From the NCBI GenBank assembly GCA_964602315.1, contig CAZRQP010000001.1, positions 1 to 33,286 of the forward strand: DNA of 33,286 bases. Reading direction: 5' to 3'. The position numbers and the translations under genes are program-made. This document shows positions 16,270 to 25,844 of this stretch, piece after piece. Each line of letters starts with the position of its first letter. Positions within the stretch are counted from its first letter, which is position 1. This stretch comes from an uncultured Dehalococcoidaceae bacterium (GTDB lineage Bacteria > Chloroflexota > Dehalococcoidia > Dehalococcoidales > RBG-16-60-22). Under the pieces are notes generated by a model that did not search any database, had not been told where the DNA came from, and saw only the letters and a list, made by a program, of their open reading frames with translations.

Positions 16270-17220
16270 TTATTCGCTGATAAGGCCGTGTTCGAGCAGG
16301 TATTGCCTGGCCACTTCATCTGGTTCCATTTCAACACCTACCATGGCGTTAAGTTCCTGCCATACTTTCTGTCCTTCAGCGATTAGAGCTGGGGTAGCAT
16401 CCTGGCCACCGCCAGGGAATGTTGCCACCAGCCTGTTGAGGATATCCTCTATTTCAGGATATTTATCCAGGATCTCGGAGTTCACATAAGGCACCAGATC
16501 ATAAGGAGGCCAGAACGCCAGGTTGTCCTGATAGACATACCAGCCATGTTCCGAGATGACAGCATCCGTACCGAAGGCCATAGCCACGTCACACTCGTGA
16601 TTTTCCAGACCTAGTAAGGAAGCTCCCGGTGCACCGGTCTTCAAAGAATCCTCTGAAACCGAGAAACCGTAATGCTCTTCAAGCGCCGGGAGACCATCGG
16701 GTCGGGTAGAAAACTCAAATCCAACGAAGGTGGTTATTTCAACTTCGCCAGCGTTGTAGAGAGCGGCCAAGTCAGAAAGGTCCGTTAAATTATGCTCTTC
16801 TACAAAATCCGGCCATGAAACGAGTACATAGGTATTGTTGTTCCAGATAGGATCAAGCCAGGTAAAACCATTTCCGGCATCCTCATCCTTGACCATTTCA
16901 AAGAGTTCGTTATTGTCCACACCCGGTGTATATTCATGACCAAGATGAGTCATCCAGCCCGTTCCAGTATAGTCGGCGGCAATATCGATGTCACCGGCCT
17001 CCATGGAACTCCGGAGGGCCTCCGTCGAAAGGTCTGATACTAGCTCAACATCGAAACCTTCAGCGGCGAGAAGTTGTGCCATCATCTGCCCGATGATATA
17101 TTGCTCGGTGAAGTTCTTACAGCCGACAGTGATAGATTTTGACTCTTGTTCGCACGCCGTTGTAGCCATGGGAAGCAGCCCGATTATTAGAACCAGGCAC
17201 AATAAAATAACTTTACGCAT
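16270..17220 (-). CDS. glycine betaine/choline/carnitine-type ABC transporter substrate-binding lipoprotein (OpuAC-domain, OpuBC/OpuCC-like)
   Basis: A signal peptide with a lipobox-like ...MATTAC is present. ITVGCKNFTEQYIIGQMMAQLL and DIAADYTGT are typical of the OpuAC (PF04069) fold. It is the last gene of a four-gene transporter operon. Confidence 0.85.
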   Translation of the reverse strand: MRKVILLCLVLIIGLLPMATTACEQESKSITVGCKNFTEQYIIGQMMAQLLAAEGFDVELVSDLSTEALRSSMEAGDIDIAADYTGTGWMTHLGHEYTPGVDNNELFEMVKDEDAGNGFTWLDPIWNNNTYVLVSWPDFVEEHNLTDLSDLAALYNAGEVEITTFVGFEFSTRPDGLPALEEHYGFSVSEDSLKTGAPGASLLGLENHECDVAMAFGTDAVISEHGWYVYQDNLAFWPPYDLVPYVNSEILDKYPEIEDILNRLVATFPGGGQDATPALIAEGQKVWQELNAMVGVEMEPDEVARQYLLEHGLISE

Positions 17221-17297
17221 TTGTTACTCCTTATATGATTATTCAGAATTAGTTACGTGTCTATGATGAAAAATTGCTTGATAAATATCACCTCCCC

Positions 17298-18050
17298 TCA
17301 TGCATATTGTTTCTGTATTTTAAGGCCCCGTGAGGTCACACGGTTTTCAATATATTCCAGGATAACGCCGAGAACGATAGCCAGGATAGCTGTTGGCGCA
17401 GCACCCTGGAGGATAAGCAAGGGTTGTTGGGCAACCACACCGGTAAAGGTTATTACACCTAAGCCCTTGCCACCGACAAGCACGGCTAGTTCAGCGGTGC
17501 CTACGGTCACTACACCAGATATGCGTATCCCGGTAATGATAACTGGCAACGCTAACGGCAATTCCACTTTCCTGAATATTTGCCATTTGGTCATCCCCAT
17601 ACCCTGGGCCGATTCTACGATAGCGCGGTCGATATTGGAGATACCGGCATATGAATTACGAATAATCGGCATCAGGCCGTAAACAACTAAGGCAACGATA
17701 ACCGTCTGGAAGTTAAACCCAAACTTGAACCCCCAGAGGGTTATCGGAAGAATAGCGATAATGGCTATTAGAGCCAGGCTGGGAATAGCCTGCCCTATGC
17801 TGGCCAGGCCGATAATCGGTAACGATAGGCGGGAAAAACCGGGCCGTGTCACAATCACTCCCATCGTTACACCGATTATGATGCTGAAGAGCAATGCCCA
17901 GAACACCATGACCAAGTGATCATAGGAATGTACCAGGATTTCATGGTAGGTGAACATGTTGAAGATGCCCACTTTGCCGACACTGGTTACCCAGATGGTG
18001 ATGCCCACGAGGATTACCAGGACGGATATAAGTACAACGCGGCGTCTCAC
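17298..18050 (-). CDS. osmoprotectant ABC transporter permease (BPD_transp_1)
   Basis: Polytopic membrane protein with an EAA-like loop (IVESAQGMGMTKWQIFRKVELPLALPVI). Its start overlaps the ATPase stop. Confidence 0.85.
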   Translation of the reverse strand: MRRRVVLISVLVILVGITIWVTSVGKVGIFNMFTYHEILVHSYDHLVMVFWALLFSIIIGVTMGVIVTRPGFSRLSLPIIGLASIGQAIPSLALIAIIAILPITLWGFKFGFNFQTVIVALVVYGLMPIIRNSYAGISNIDRAIVESAQGMGMTKWQIFRKVELPLALPVIITGIRISGVVTVGTAELAVLVGGKGLGVITFTGVVAQQPLLILQGAAPTAILAIVLGVILEYIENRVTSRGLKIQKQYA

Positions 18051-19171
18051 TGGGTTGCCCTCCCGGGTTTGGTGGCTTCATGCAGTGTTTCCTGAATAGC
18101 ATCCATCGTCAGTATTCCCTTTAATCTTCCGGCGCTATCTATAATAGGAAGAGACGTGAACCGACTGGCCAGCATAACCGAAAGTGCCTCATTGAGGACA
18201 GCGGTGTCGCTGCTTGTAATGGTTGATTCCTCCACGGCATCTTTCAGGGTTGTCTTGCCTTCCAATCCCGCTGCGGTTATCCAGCCGATGAATTTTCGCT
18301 GCCCGTCAACGACGGCTAGAGAGTCGCCGGCCGTTTCTACCAGGTGGCGCCGTGCCGTTTCCACATTATCTTCCGGGGTAACGGTCGGAATATCCCGGTT
18401 CATTACGTCTTTCACACGCAGCAGCTGTAACCCCTTGATGGCCCGGTCAGCGCCAACGAATCCCTCTACGAATTCATCTTTGGGCCGGTAGAGAATATTG
18501 CTTGGTGTATCATACTGCACCAATTTACCCTGCTTCATCAGTACGATTCTATCCCCCATTTTTATCGCTTCGTAAATATCATGGGTAACGAAAATGATGG
18601 TCTTCCTGATTTTTTCCTGTATTTTAAGAAATTCGGCTTGCAGCTCGACCCGATTAATAGGATCGATAGCTCCGAAAGGCTCGTCCATGAGGAGTATCGG
18701 AGGGTCGGCTCCCAACGCCCGGGCTACTCCTACTCGCTGTCGCTGGCCGCCGGAAAGTTCTGCCGGGTACTTGTCCATGTACTCTGCGGGATCCATCTTG
18801 ACAAGTTCTAGTAGTTCTTCTATCCTTTGTTGGCGTTTTTCTTTACTCCAGCCTTTTAATACCGGGACGGTCTCAATATTCTGTGCCACCGTCATGTGAG
18901 TGAATAAACCAATTTCCTGAATGGCATAGCCGATATCCCGACGCAGTTCACTGGCCTTAAATTCTTGGTTGTCACGTCCGTTTATAAATATCCTGCCACT
19001 GGTGATGGGAATAAGGCGATTAATCATTTTCATCGTCGTCGTCTTGCCGCACCCGGAGGGGCCGAGGAAAATGCAGATTTCACCTTCGTTGACCTCCAGG
19101 CTAATGCCGTCGACAGCTTTGGTCCCATCAGGATACACCTTGGTCACATTTTCCAGTTTAATCATGATCAT
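18047..19171 (-). CDS. osmoprotectant ABC transporter ATP-binding protein with C-terminal tandem CBS domains (OpuCA/ProV-like)
   Basis: Walker A (GPSGCGKTT), signature (LSGGQRQR), Walker B (ILLMDEPF) and the H-loop (VTHD) are all present. The C-terminal ~120 aa is CBS-pair-like. Confidence 0.9.
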   Translation of the reverse strand: MIMIKLENVTKVYPDGTKAVDGISLEVNEGEICIFLGPSGCGKTTTMKMINRLIPITSGRIFINGRDNQEFKASELRRDIGYAIQEIGLFTHMTVAQNIETVPVLKGWSKEKRQQRIEELLELVKMDPAEYMDKYPAELSGGQRQRVGVARALGADPPILLMDEPFGAIDPINRVELQAEFLKIQEKIRKTIIFVTHDIYEAIKMGDRIVLMKQGKLVQYDTPSNILYRPKDEFVEGFVGADRAIKGLQLLRVKDVMNRDIPTVTPEDNVETARRHLVETAGDSLAVVDGQRKFIGWITAAGLEGKTTLKDAVEESTITSSDTAVLNEALSVMLASRFTSLPIIDSAGRLKGILTMDAIQETLHEATKPGRATQ

Positions 19172-19839
19172 TTACCTACCTTGAGACCTTTAGGTACAAT
19201 AAAGCGTTCAAGTAACGCCATCAGGCCGTCAGCGAGGAAGGCCAAGAGCGCAACCGAGATACCCCCAGTGAGTATCAGATAAGCTTGAGCGTTCCTGATG
19301 CCCCTCCATATTGGAACTCCTAGTCCATCGGCACCAATCGCGGCGGCAATAGTGGCAATCCCGATTATCAGGACAACGGCGTTGCGTACTCCCGCCATGA
19401 TTACGGGTAGGGCCAGCGGGATTTCTATTTTGAAGATTATCTGGAGCTCCGTCATGCCCATACCCTGACCAGCCTCCACCATCGCCGGGTCAACAGACTT
19501 GATGGCGGTATATGTGTTGCGTAAAATGGGCAATTGCCCATAGATAATAAGAGCAATTACGGTTGGATAAAAGCCGAAAGACTTCATGCCGATACTGCTT
19601 AAAAGCAGTATTAACAGCCCGAAGAGTGCCAGGCTCGGCACAGTCATCATAATCTCGGCAAGATAGAGAATGGAATCGGCAATGTGTTCACGCCCTTTAC
19701 CGGTGATATAGATGCCGACGGACACGCCGAGGAAAACGGCAATTATTATTGCCACGAAAGTTATCCACAGGTGAGAGGTAACCCAGCCAAGCAGTAGATC
19801 CGGACGTCGTTGGACAAATTTCCATGCTTCTAGCAACAT
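19168..19839 (-). CDS. osmoprotectant ABC transporter permease (second membrane subunit)
   Basis: Paralogue of 17298..18050 (MVEAGQGMGMTELQIIFKIEIPLALPVI). It is the first gene of the operon, and its stop overlaps the ATPase start. Confidence 0.85.
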   Translation of the reverse strand: MLLEAWKFVQRRPDLLLGWVTSHLWITFVAIIIAVFLGVSVGIYITGKGREHIADSILYLAEIMMTVPSLALFGLLILLLSSIGMKSFGFYPTVIALIIYGQLPILRNTYTAIKSVDPAMVEAGQGMGMTELQIIFKIEIPLALPVIMAGVRNAVVLIIGIATIAAAIGADGLGVPIWRGIRNAQAYLILTGGISVALLAFLADGLMALLERFIVPKGLKVGK

Positions 19840-19908
19840 AATAAACTAAATCAAAGCGTAACAAACCTATCAAATGAGCTTGCTAGAAGAATGCAACGCT
19901 ATTGAACT

Positions 19909-19937
19909 ATACTACTCGTCAGAATCAATATTGTCAA
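19909..19937 (-). promoter_or_regulatory. putative sigma-70-type promoter of the opu operon
   Basis: The minus strand reads TTGACA (19937..19932), a 17-nt spacer, then TAGTAT (19914..19909). This lies about 70 nt upstream of the ATG at 19839. The call rests on sequence pattern only. Confidence 0.4.
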
Positions 19938-20122
19938 CCCGCTGCACAATATAGCGAATTGTGAACGTTAGATAAGATGATCCTTTAAATAAATCAATTT
20001 AATTGGAATACATAATACCTTCTTGATAAACCCAAACTTAGATGTTATATATTACATAATACGTAATAGGTTGTTACAATTATCCTCGGTGGTAATTATA
20101 AGACTAGACTGATAATCTAAAT

Positions 20123-20164
20123 TCCAGTGTAAAAGTTCTACCTTTCGTACACCACCGCCCACCA
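20123..20164 (+). repeat. intergenic repeat, copy C
   Basis: Sequence: CCAGTGTAAAAGTTCTACCTTTCGTACACCACCGCCCACCAT. It lies between the start of the opu operon and the 3' end of the MscS gene. Confidence 0.6.
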
Positions 20165-20237
20165 TTACTCCAATATGCTTCACCCCTGAAAAAGCAGGCT
20201 TAAGAGATAAAGAACATACTCTTTACATGCCGTTCGG

Positions 20238-21584
20238 TTATTTGTCTTTAGCTTTTTGTCCGGAATCAGGGGCAGGCGGCGCATTACCGAAATACAGCTT
20301 AGTGTGAGGCCAGGGGATTTCAATGCCCTCTTTATCAAAGGCTTTCTTCAACCTCAATCGTAGCTGCCCCGTTACCTCCCACTGGCGCATCGGCTGCGTG
20401 TCACCGGTTATCTTTATGTCAATACCGGAATCCCCGAAATTATTTACCCTCAATGCTTGAGGTTCTTTAATGATAGCTTCCTTCCAGACAGGGTCTTCTG
20501 CCAGTTCATGCCCGACCCTGTTGATTACGTTCATTACGTGGTCCAGGTCGTCATTGTAACTCACACTCACATCAAGATTAATTCTTGACACTTCCTTGGT
20601 ATAGTTGTTGGCGACGCGTATCTCCCCGTTAGGTACAATATGAACGATGCCATCGAGGTCTCTAAGCACGGTCCTTCTAAGATTTATGCTTTCGACAATG
20701 CCTCCGACATCCGCTATCCTGACAACGTCACCGACACGATACTGGTTTTCGATGATGACAAAAAAGCCCGCCACCAGATCCTTGATCAAGCCTTGAGCGC
20801 CGAAGCCAATAGCGATACCCACGACACCAGCGCCGGCCAGTATGGGCGCAATATCTATCTCCAGTTCGGAGAGAATCATAAAGACGGCAATAAAAACGAT
20901 AAAAACCTGGCTGGTGCTGACAAGTACTCTGGCTAGGGTGTCGCTTCTTTTTTTAACTTCGGTTTTCGTCTCTCCGGGTCGACGGGTTAAAGTGCGTACA
21001 ACCACTCTAGGGAGAATTTCTCCAACACTGATAATAGCCAATATGCCAATGCCAAGGATAAGAGCTAGACGCCAGCCGTAGTCGCCAAGCCAGCCGGTTA
21101 CTATATTGACATCCTTCCCCCAGATACTTAGTCCGGACATAACCGCCAGCCAGATAGCTGCTAGTATCATCACTATCCAAATGAAACCTAAAAGGCGGGT
21201 ACTCAAACCTACATTAATATTTTCAGCAACGGCTTTACGTCGGTACCACTTTATTACCGTATCCAGAATAGCAACCGCGGTAAAAAAGCCCAGCAGGCTA
21301 AGTGCCGTGGCCAGGCCCTTAAGCGTGTACGACCATACAGCTTCACCTTGCGGCAGGGTAAGTACCGCTATGTACAGGCCCAGCAGGACGATAATGATGA
21401 TAACAGGCTTCTGCATCACCGATATAATGGAATCCTCCAGTTTGATTTTAGTCCTTTTTGCGAGCCTCTTAACCCATTTTTCCAGTGCAAACCGTATAAA
21501 CCAGGCCAGCCCGCAAAAGACTACCACTACGACCAGGGCTATTATAATCTGCGTTATCGTAAGTCCTCCAAAAGTCTGATCCAT
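20238..21584 (-). CDS. MscS-family mechanosensitive ion channel with extended N-terminal membrane domain
   Basis: GGGAGG RBS and multiple N-terminal TM helices. The core GAQGLIKDLVAGFFVIIENQYRVGDVV ... VPNGEI is the MscS pore-helix/beta-domain signature. Confidence 0.85.
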   Translation of the reverse strand: MDQTFGGLTITQIIIALVVVVVFCGLAWFIRFALEKWVKRLAKRTKIKLEDSIISVMQKPVIIIIVLLGLYIAVLTLPQGEAVWSYTLKGLATALSLLGFFTAVAILDTVIKWYRRKAVAENINVGLSTRLLGFIWIVMILAAIWLAVMSGLSIWGKDVNIVTGWLGDYGWRLALILGIGILAIISVGEILPRVVVRTLTRRPGETKTEVKKRSDTLARVLVSTSQVFIVFIAVFMILSELEIDIAPILAGAGVVGIAIGFGAQGLIKDLVAGFFVIIENQYRVGDVVRIADVGGIVESINLRRTVLRDLDGIVHIVPNGEIRVANNYTKEVSRINLDVSVSYNDDLDHVMNVINRVGHELAEDPVWKEAIIKEPQALRVNNFGDSGIDIKITGDTQPMRQWEVTGQLRLRLKKAFDKEGIEIPWPHTKLYFGNAPPAPDSGQKAKDK

Positions 21585-21731
21585 AATGTCAACCTCCCGA
21601 CTGCTATCTATATTACAGAATAACTAAATAAACCGAGCTGCATGTCTGGATATTATCAACAGCATCTACTCAACTTAACATTTTAACAGATATTGAGATA
21701 TAAATTACAGGCGAGACCGAACCATACATAA

Positions 21732-22940
21732 TTAGCTGTCTTTCTCAAGCGACCCGGTCAGCAGGGGCATCGTAACAGTGAAGGTAGAACCTTCTCCTTC
21801 TTTACTGTGGGCTTCTATCCTGCCTTTGTGCCGGTGGATAATGCCGTAAGCTACCGCCAGCCCAAGCCCAACGCCTTTTACATCCGCCTTTGTGCTGAAA
21901 AAGGGAGTAAAAAGCTTGCCGATATTTTCCGGAGGAATTCCTATACCAGTATCCTGCACCTCCAGCTTAATTTTAGAGTTATGAACATAGGTACGCAAAG
22001 TTAATCTGCCTCCCTGGGACATAGCCTGAATAGCATTGATTATCAGACTAAGACAAACCTGCTGAAGCTGGCTGGGGTCGGCCGTGATTTCAGGCAATGA
22101 AGGGTCGAGTTCATTAAAGACCCTTATGTCCTGCTCTTCAACCGAGTGCGATATCAGGTCCAAGGCATGATTGACAACAGTATTCAGGTTAACCAACTGG
22201 AATTCCGGTGTTGATTGACGGGCAAAATTAAGCAGGTTTTGTACCAATTTGGTACTGCGGACGAGTTCTGATTCCATTTTAGACAGGTAATCGAGGGTAA
22301 CTTCATTATCAGCTTCGCCTCTTTCAACCTTCCTGGCCAGCAACTGGGTGTAAACAAGCGTACCGGACAAAGGATTATTTATTTCATGGGCAATGGACGC
22401 TGCCAGCTGCCCCAGAGACGTAAGCTTTTCCGCCTGGATTACCTGCGCCTGGGTTTCTTTAAGTCGCCGGTGGTTTGTTTCCAGCGCTTTTGAATAAGAC
22501 TGGAGTTGTTTGTTGGATTCCTCGAGGGTTACAAGAATCTGTTTTTCTTGTTCCTTTCTCTTCCTATCATAATAAATCCATAAAATTACTAGAGAACCGA
22601 TAACGATTACCCCGATAGTCTCGAATAGAGCGTCAGCAAAAAACTGCGATATCACGAAAACACGCGGCAGCATGATAGCGGTGGCTATTGCCAGGCTTAT
22701 CAATCCCGCCCGTGTACCTATAAAGAACCCGGCATAGCCAAGTGGCAATAATAGAAAAATACGTTCCACAGCGTGGCGGCTAAGACCGAGGAATGAAAAT
22801 AGGGAAACCGTATCCGTCGCGAGTATCTGCTGCGGGTAGTGAAGTATAACTCCCACAACGAATAAGAATACAACCACCCATAAATGCGGGCTCTTTAGCG
22901 TTTTCAGCCAGTGATAATGCATATTAGCAACCACTTTCAC
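21732..22940 (-). CDS. membrane sensor histidine kinase (HisKA + HATPase_c)
   Basis: About 5 N-terminal TM helices are followed by a coiled coil. H-box (SIAHEINNPL), N-box (NAIQAM), G1 (DTGIGI) and G2 (GVGLGLAV) are present. The start is uncertain: GTG at 22940 or ATG at 22922. Confidence 0.85.
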   Translation of the reverse strand: MKVVANMHYHWLKTLKSPHLWVVVFLFVVGVILHYPQQILATDTVSLFSFLGLSRHAVERIFLLLPLGYAGFFIGTRAGLISLAIATAIMLPRVFVISQFFADALFETIGVIVIGSLVILWIYYDRKRKEQEKQILVTLEESNKQLQSYSKALETNHRRLKETQAQVIQAEKLTSLGQLAASIAHEINNPLSGTLVYTQLLARKVERGEADNEVTLDYLSKMESELVRSTKLVQNLLNFARQSTPEFQLVNLNTVVNHALDLISHSVEEQDIRVFNELDPSLPEITADPSQLQQVCLSLIINAIQAMSQGGRLTLRTYVHNSKIKLEVQDTGIGIPPENIGKLFTPFFSTKADVKGVGLGLAVAYGIIHRHKGRIEAHSKEGEGSTFTVTMPLLTGSLEKDS

Positions 22941-23006
22941 TGCAGCCGACTATATTGATTCTCTATTATATACCATCAATGATTGCTAATAAACTCTTGT
23001 AACGTT

Positions 23007-24470
23007 TTAGTTGCTGCTCAGTTTGTTAACCAGGTTATTTTTGCTGTCATATATATAAATCGGCACCGGTGAAGGGCCGCTCAAATCGTGCGAAGCGCAG
23101 GCGAGGCAGAGGTCATAAGGACGCCAGGCCATCTCTACACGGTTGAGAATGCCCTCCGTGATTTCTTTGCCGGGCTGGATAACCGCCTTGGCGGCTTTAC
23201 CTATCGACATATTTACAGCAGCGCCGTTATTAACCGTAGCTACAATCAGATTTGCTTTTTTAATCACACCCTTTTCATCGGTTATATAGTGATGGATAAG
23301 TGTACCGCGGGGCGCTTCCACGATTCCAACACCTTCATCAGGAGTCTGGTCGGGGATATTGTGTATATCGGTACTGGTAATTTCAGGGTCGCGGCTTAGT
23401 TCCAGCATATGTTCCGCGGCATTGAGCAGCTCGATAAGGCGCGCCCAGTGCATCGCCAGCGTATGGTGAACCGGTTTACCTCCGAGGGTATCGTAGAATC
23501 TCTCGTAGTGTTCCTGCGCCAGCGGTGTCGACATGCCATCGGCGGCATTGAGTCTGGCCAGTGGAGCCACACGGAATACGCCGCTGTCCTTGCCGTCCAC
23601 AAAGCCCTTCCATCCTACTTTCTTCAGGAAGGGGAACTTGATATAGGACCACGGTTCCACATGCTCGGCGATATGGTCGAGATATTCGGCCGGAGCAAAT
23701 TTCGCAAATTCCTTGCCTTCGGGGTCGACTACTCTGACCTTGCCTTCATAGTAATTGACCTTGTTATTTTCATCCACCATACCCATATAGTAGGTCTTGT
23801 GGGTATAGGCGTCGCTGACAATCATATCGACATATTCTTTGTTTTTGAGAACGATATCATCGAAGACCTTTAACGACAGCTTGCCGAATTCTACCGAATC
23901 TTTAGCAATTTCCTCTATTTCCTTTCTTTCGTCTTCACTAAGACTCTTGCTGACGCCGCCAGGAAGACCAAAGACAGGGTGTATGCCCCTGCCGCCAATC
24001 AATTCGATGACATGGTGATTACGCATACGGGCATTGATAACAGCTCCACCCAGTTCCAGCCCCACCTTGCCGATAACACCGATAATATTGCGCTCGGCTA
24101 CCGGAGCATCCGGCCCCATGACAAAATCAGGGCCGCCCAGAATATAGAAGTGCGTGGTATGGTCGGTCACATAGAAGGCGCTGTAAAGGAGCTCACGGAG
24201 TTTTTTCGCCGTTGGAGTGGGTTCAACGTGATATAGGGCATCAAGCGTTTTAGTGGAAGCCACGTGATGCGCTTCCGGGCAAACGCCGCATATCCTCTCG
24301 GTAATCTGGGGCATATCATCAGCCATACGGCCTTCGGAGAATTTTTCAAATCCCCTTAATTCCGGCACCTGGAAATAAGAATTGGCAACGGTGCCGTCCT
24401 CATTCAGGAATATCTCTATCTTTCCATGCCCCTCGAGGCGGGTTATCGGGTCTATCGTTATCTTCTTCAT
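23007..24470 (-). CDS. mvhA: [NiFe]-hydrogenase large subunit, MvhA-like (group 3c-type context)
   Basis: RLEGHG, N-terminal RICGVCPEAHH and C-terminal PYDLCLACASH metal-binding motifs are present. The gene overlaps the small-subunit gene by 4 nt. Confidence 0.9.
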   Translation of the reverse strand: MKKITIDPITRLEGHGKIEIFLNEDGTVANSYFQVPELRGFEKFSEGRMADDMPQITERICGVCPEAHHVASTKTLDALYHVEPTPTAKKLRELLYSAFYVTDHTTHFYILGGPDFVMGPDAPVAERNIIGVIGKVGLELGGAVINARMRNHHVIELIGGRGIHPVFGLPGGVSKSLSEDERKEIEEIAKDSVEFGKLSLKVFDDIVLKNKEYVDMIVSDAYTHKTYYMGMVDENNKVNYYEGKVRVVDPEGKEFAKFAPAEYLDHIAEHVEPWSYIKFPFLKKVGWKGFVDGKDSGVFRVAPLARLNAADGMSTPLAQEHYERFYDTLGGKPVHHTLAMHWARLIELLNAAEHMLELSRDPEITSTDIHNIPDQTPDEGVGIVEAPRGTLIHHYITDEKGVIKKANLIVATVNNGAAVNMSIGKAAKAVIQPGKEITEGILNRVEMAWRPYDLCLACASHDLSGPSPVPIYIYDSKNNLVNKLSSN

Positions 24471-25426
24471 GATATTTTGGCCCTCCTTAACAGCGAGTCC
24501 GGCAGAGAGTACCTGTAGAACGTGCCGGCCGGGTCAGCGATATCATCTATTATACTGGCGATTTCTTCAGGGTCGGTTGAGTCGATTATAGATGCCACCG
24601 CGCTCAAGAAATGCGCCCCCTGGTCGGTGACACCCTTAACAGGGCCATAGCAACCGGTGCAGGGCATGTTAGCTTTCAGACACATTGCTCCGCAGCCGCC
24701 GGCAGTGGCTACTCCAGCGCACAGTATCCCCTGTTCGAGCAAACAGACCTCCGGGTCCGGGTCAATCTCGAAAGGTCGATAGAATTTTTTAACTTTCTTT
24801 TCATTTTTGGTGCGAGGGCAATCATCACATACAGCTTTTACGTTATGAGAGATTATCGAGCCCTTTGGCGGCAATTTGTTTTGAATCAGTGCTTCAAGGG
24901 CAAGCCAGGTGGTCTTTTCTTCCGGCGGACAGCCGGGAATAATGTAATCCACCTCCACGGTTTGAGGCAGGCTTTTAACGGTATCGAAAAATTCAGGGAG
25001 AGAGAGTTTCCCCTCCGGCACGTCAATACTGGTCTGGGGAGTTACCCCCTTTTCATTGTCCGTGGACTGTGTTTCCAGGTAAGCCCTGTTAAAAATCATC
25101 TCACGGTTATATAGATTACCCAGACCCGGAATGCCTCCGTAATTTGCGCAGGCGCCATAGGAAATCATCGTTTTTGATTTATCGCGCAGCATCTTTGCCA
25201 TGTACTCCTGCTCCGAGGTACGGATGGCGCCGTTAAACAGGCAGACATCGATGCTCTTTTCAGGCATGGCTTCCACATCCTTATACTTGACGTCGATAGC
25301 CACCGGCCAGAAAACGATATCGGCCGCATCTATTAGTTTCAGCAGTTTCTCACCAATCTGCAGCTGGGCGATTTCACAACCCCCGCAGCTGGAGGCCCAA
25401 TATAGAGCTAATTTAATTTTCGCCAT
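24467..25426 (-). CDS. mvhG: [NiFe]-hydrogenase small subunit, MvhG-like
   Basis: ASSCGGCE, GACANYGG and IPGCPP proximal-cluster motifs are present, together with a C-terminal Cys-rich region (CAGVATAGGCGAMC...CTGC). Confidence 0.9.
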   Translation of the reverse strand: MAKIKLALYWASSCGGCEIAQLQIGEKLLKLIDAADIVFWPVAIDVKYKDVEAMPEKSIDVCLFNGAIRTSEQEYMAKMLRDKSKTMISYGACANYGGIPGLGNLYNREMIFNRAYLETQSTDNEKGVTPQTSIDVPEGKLSLPEFFDTVKSLPQTVEVDYIIPGCPPEEKTTWLALEALIQNKLPPKGSIISHNVKAVCDDCPRTKNEKKVKKFYRPFEIDPDPEVCLLEQGILCAGVATAGGCGAMCLKANMPCTGCYGPVKGVTDQGAHFLSAVASIIDSTDPEEIASIIDDIADPAGTFYRYSLPDSLLRRAKIS

Positions 25427-25844
25427 GCTGTCCCTCTCCGTTATTCGCCTTGAACGGCCCGAGTTCCCTGACCTTCTCCGTCATTTCATTGACGACGGAG
25501 GCGTATTTCTCACCTTCAGAAGCGGATACCCAGTCCAGGCGTACTCTTTCTTCTTCAATGCCGAATTGCTTGAGCATTTTCTTCAATAGCGGTACACGCC
25601 GCATTGTCTTGTAGTTTCCTTCAATATAATGACAGTCCCCCGGGTGGCAGCCCAAGATAAGCACGCCATCAGCCCCTGACTGAAAGGCTTTTATAACGAA
25701 AGCCGGTTCCACCCTGGTGCTGCAAGGCACCTTGATTACCTTTACATTAGGTGCGGAAGGAATCCGTGACGTACCTGCCAGGTCGGCGCCACGATAGGAA
25801 CACCAACTGCATAAAAATCCGACGATTTTTGGTTCCCAAATCAT
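25413..25844 (-). CDS. mvhD: MvhD (methyl-viologen-reducing hydrogenase delta subunit-like) [2Fe-2S] protein
   Basis: IVGFLCSWCSYRGADLAG ... VPCSTRV ... GADGVLILGCHPGDCHY is the canonical MvhD/FlpD signature. Confidence 0.9.
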   Translation of the reverse strand: MIWEPKIVGFLCSWCSYRGADLAGTSRIPSAPNVKVIKVPCSTRVEPAFVIKAFQSGADGVLILGCHPGDCHYIEGNYKTMRRVPLLKKMLKQFGIEEERVRLDWVSASEGEKYASVVNEMTEKVRELGPFKANNGEGQHGEN

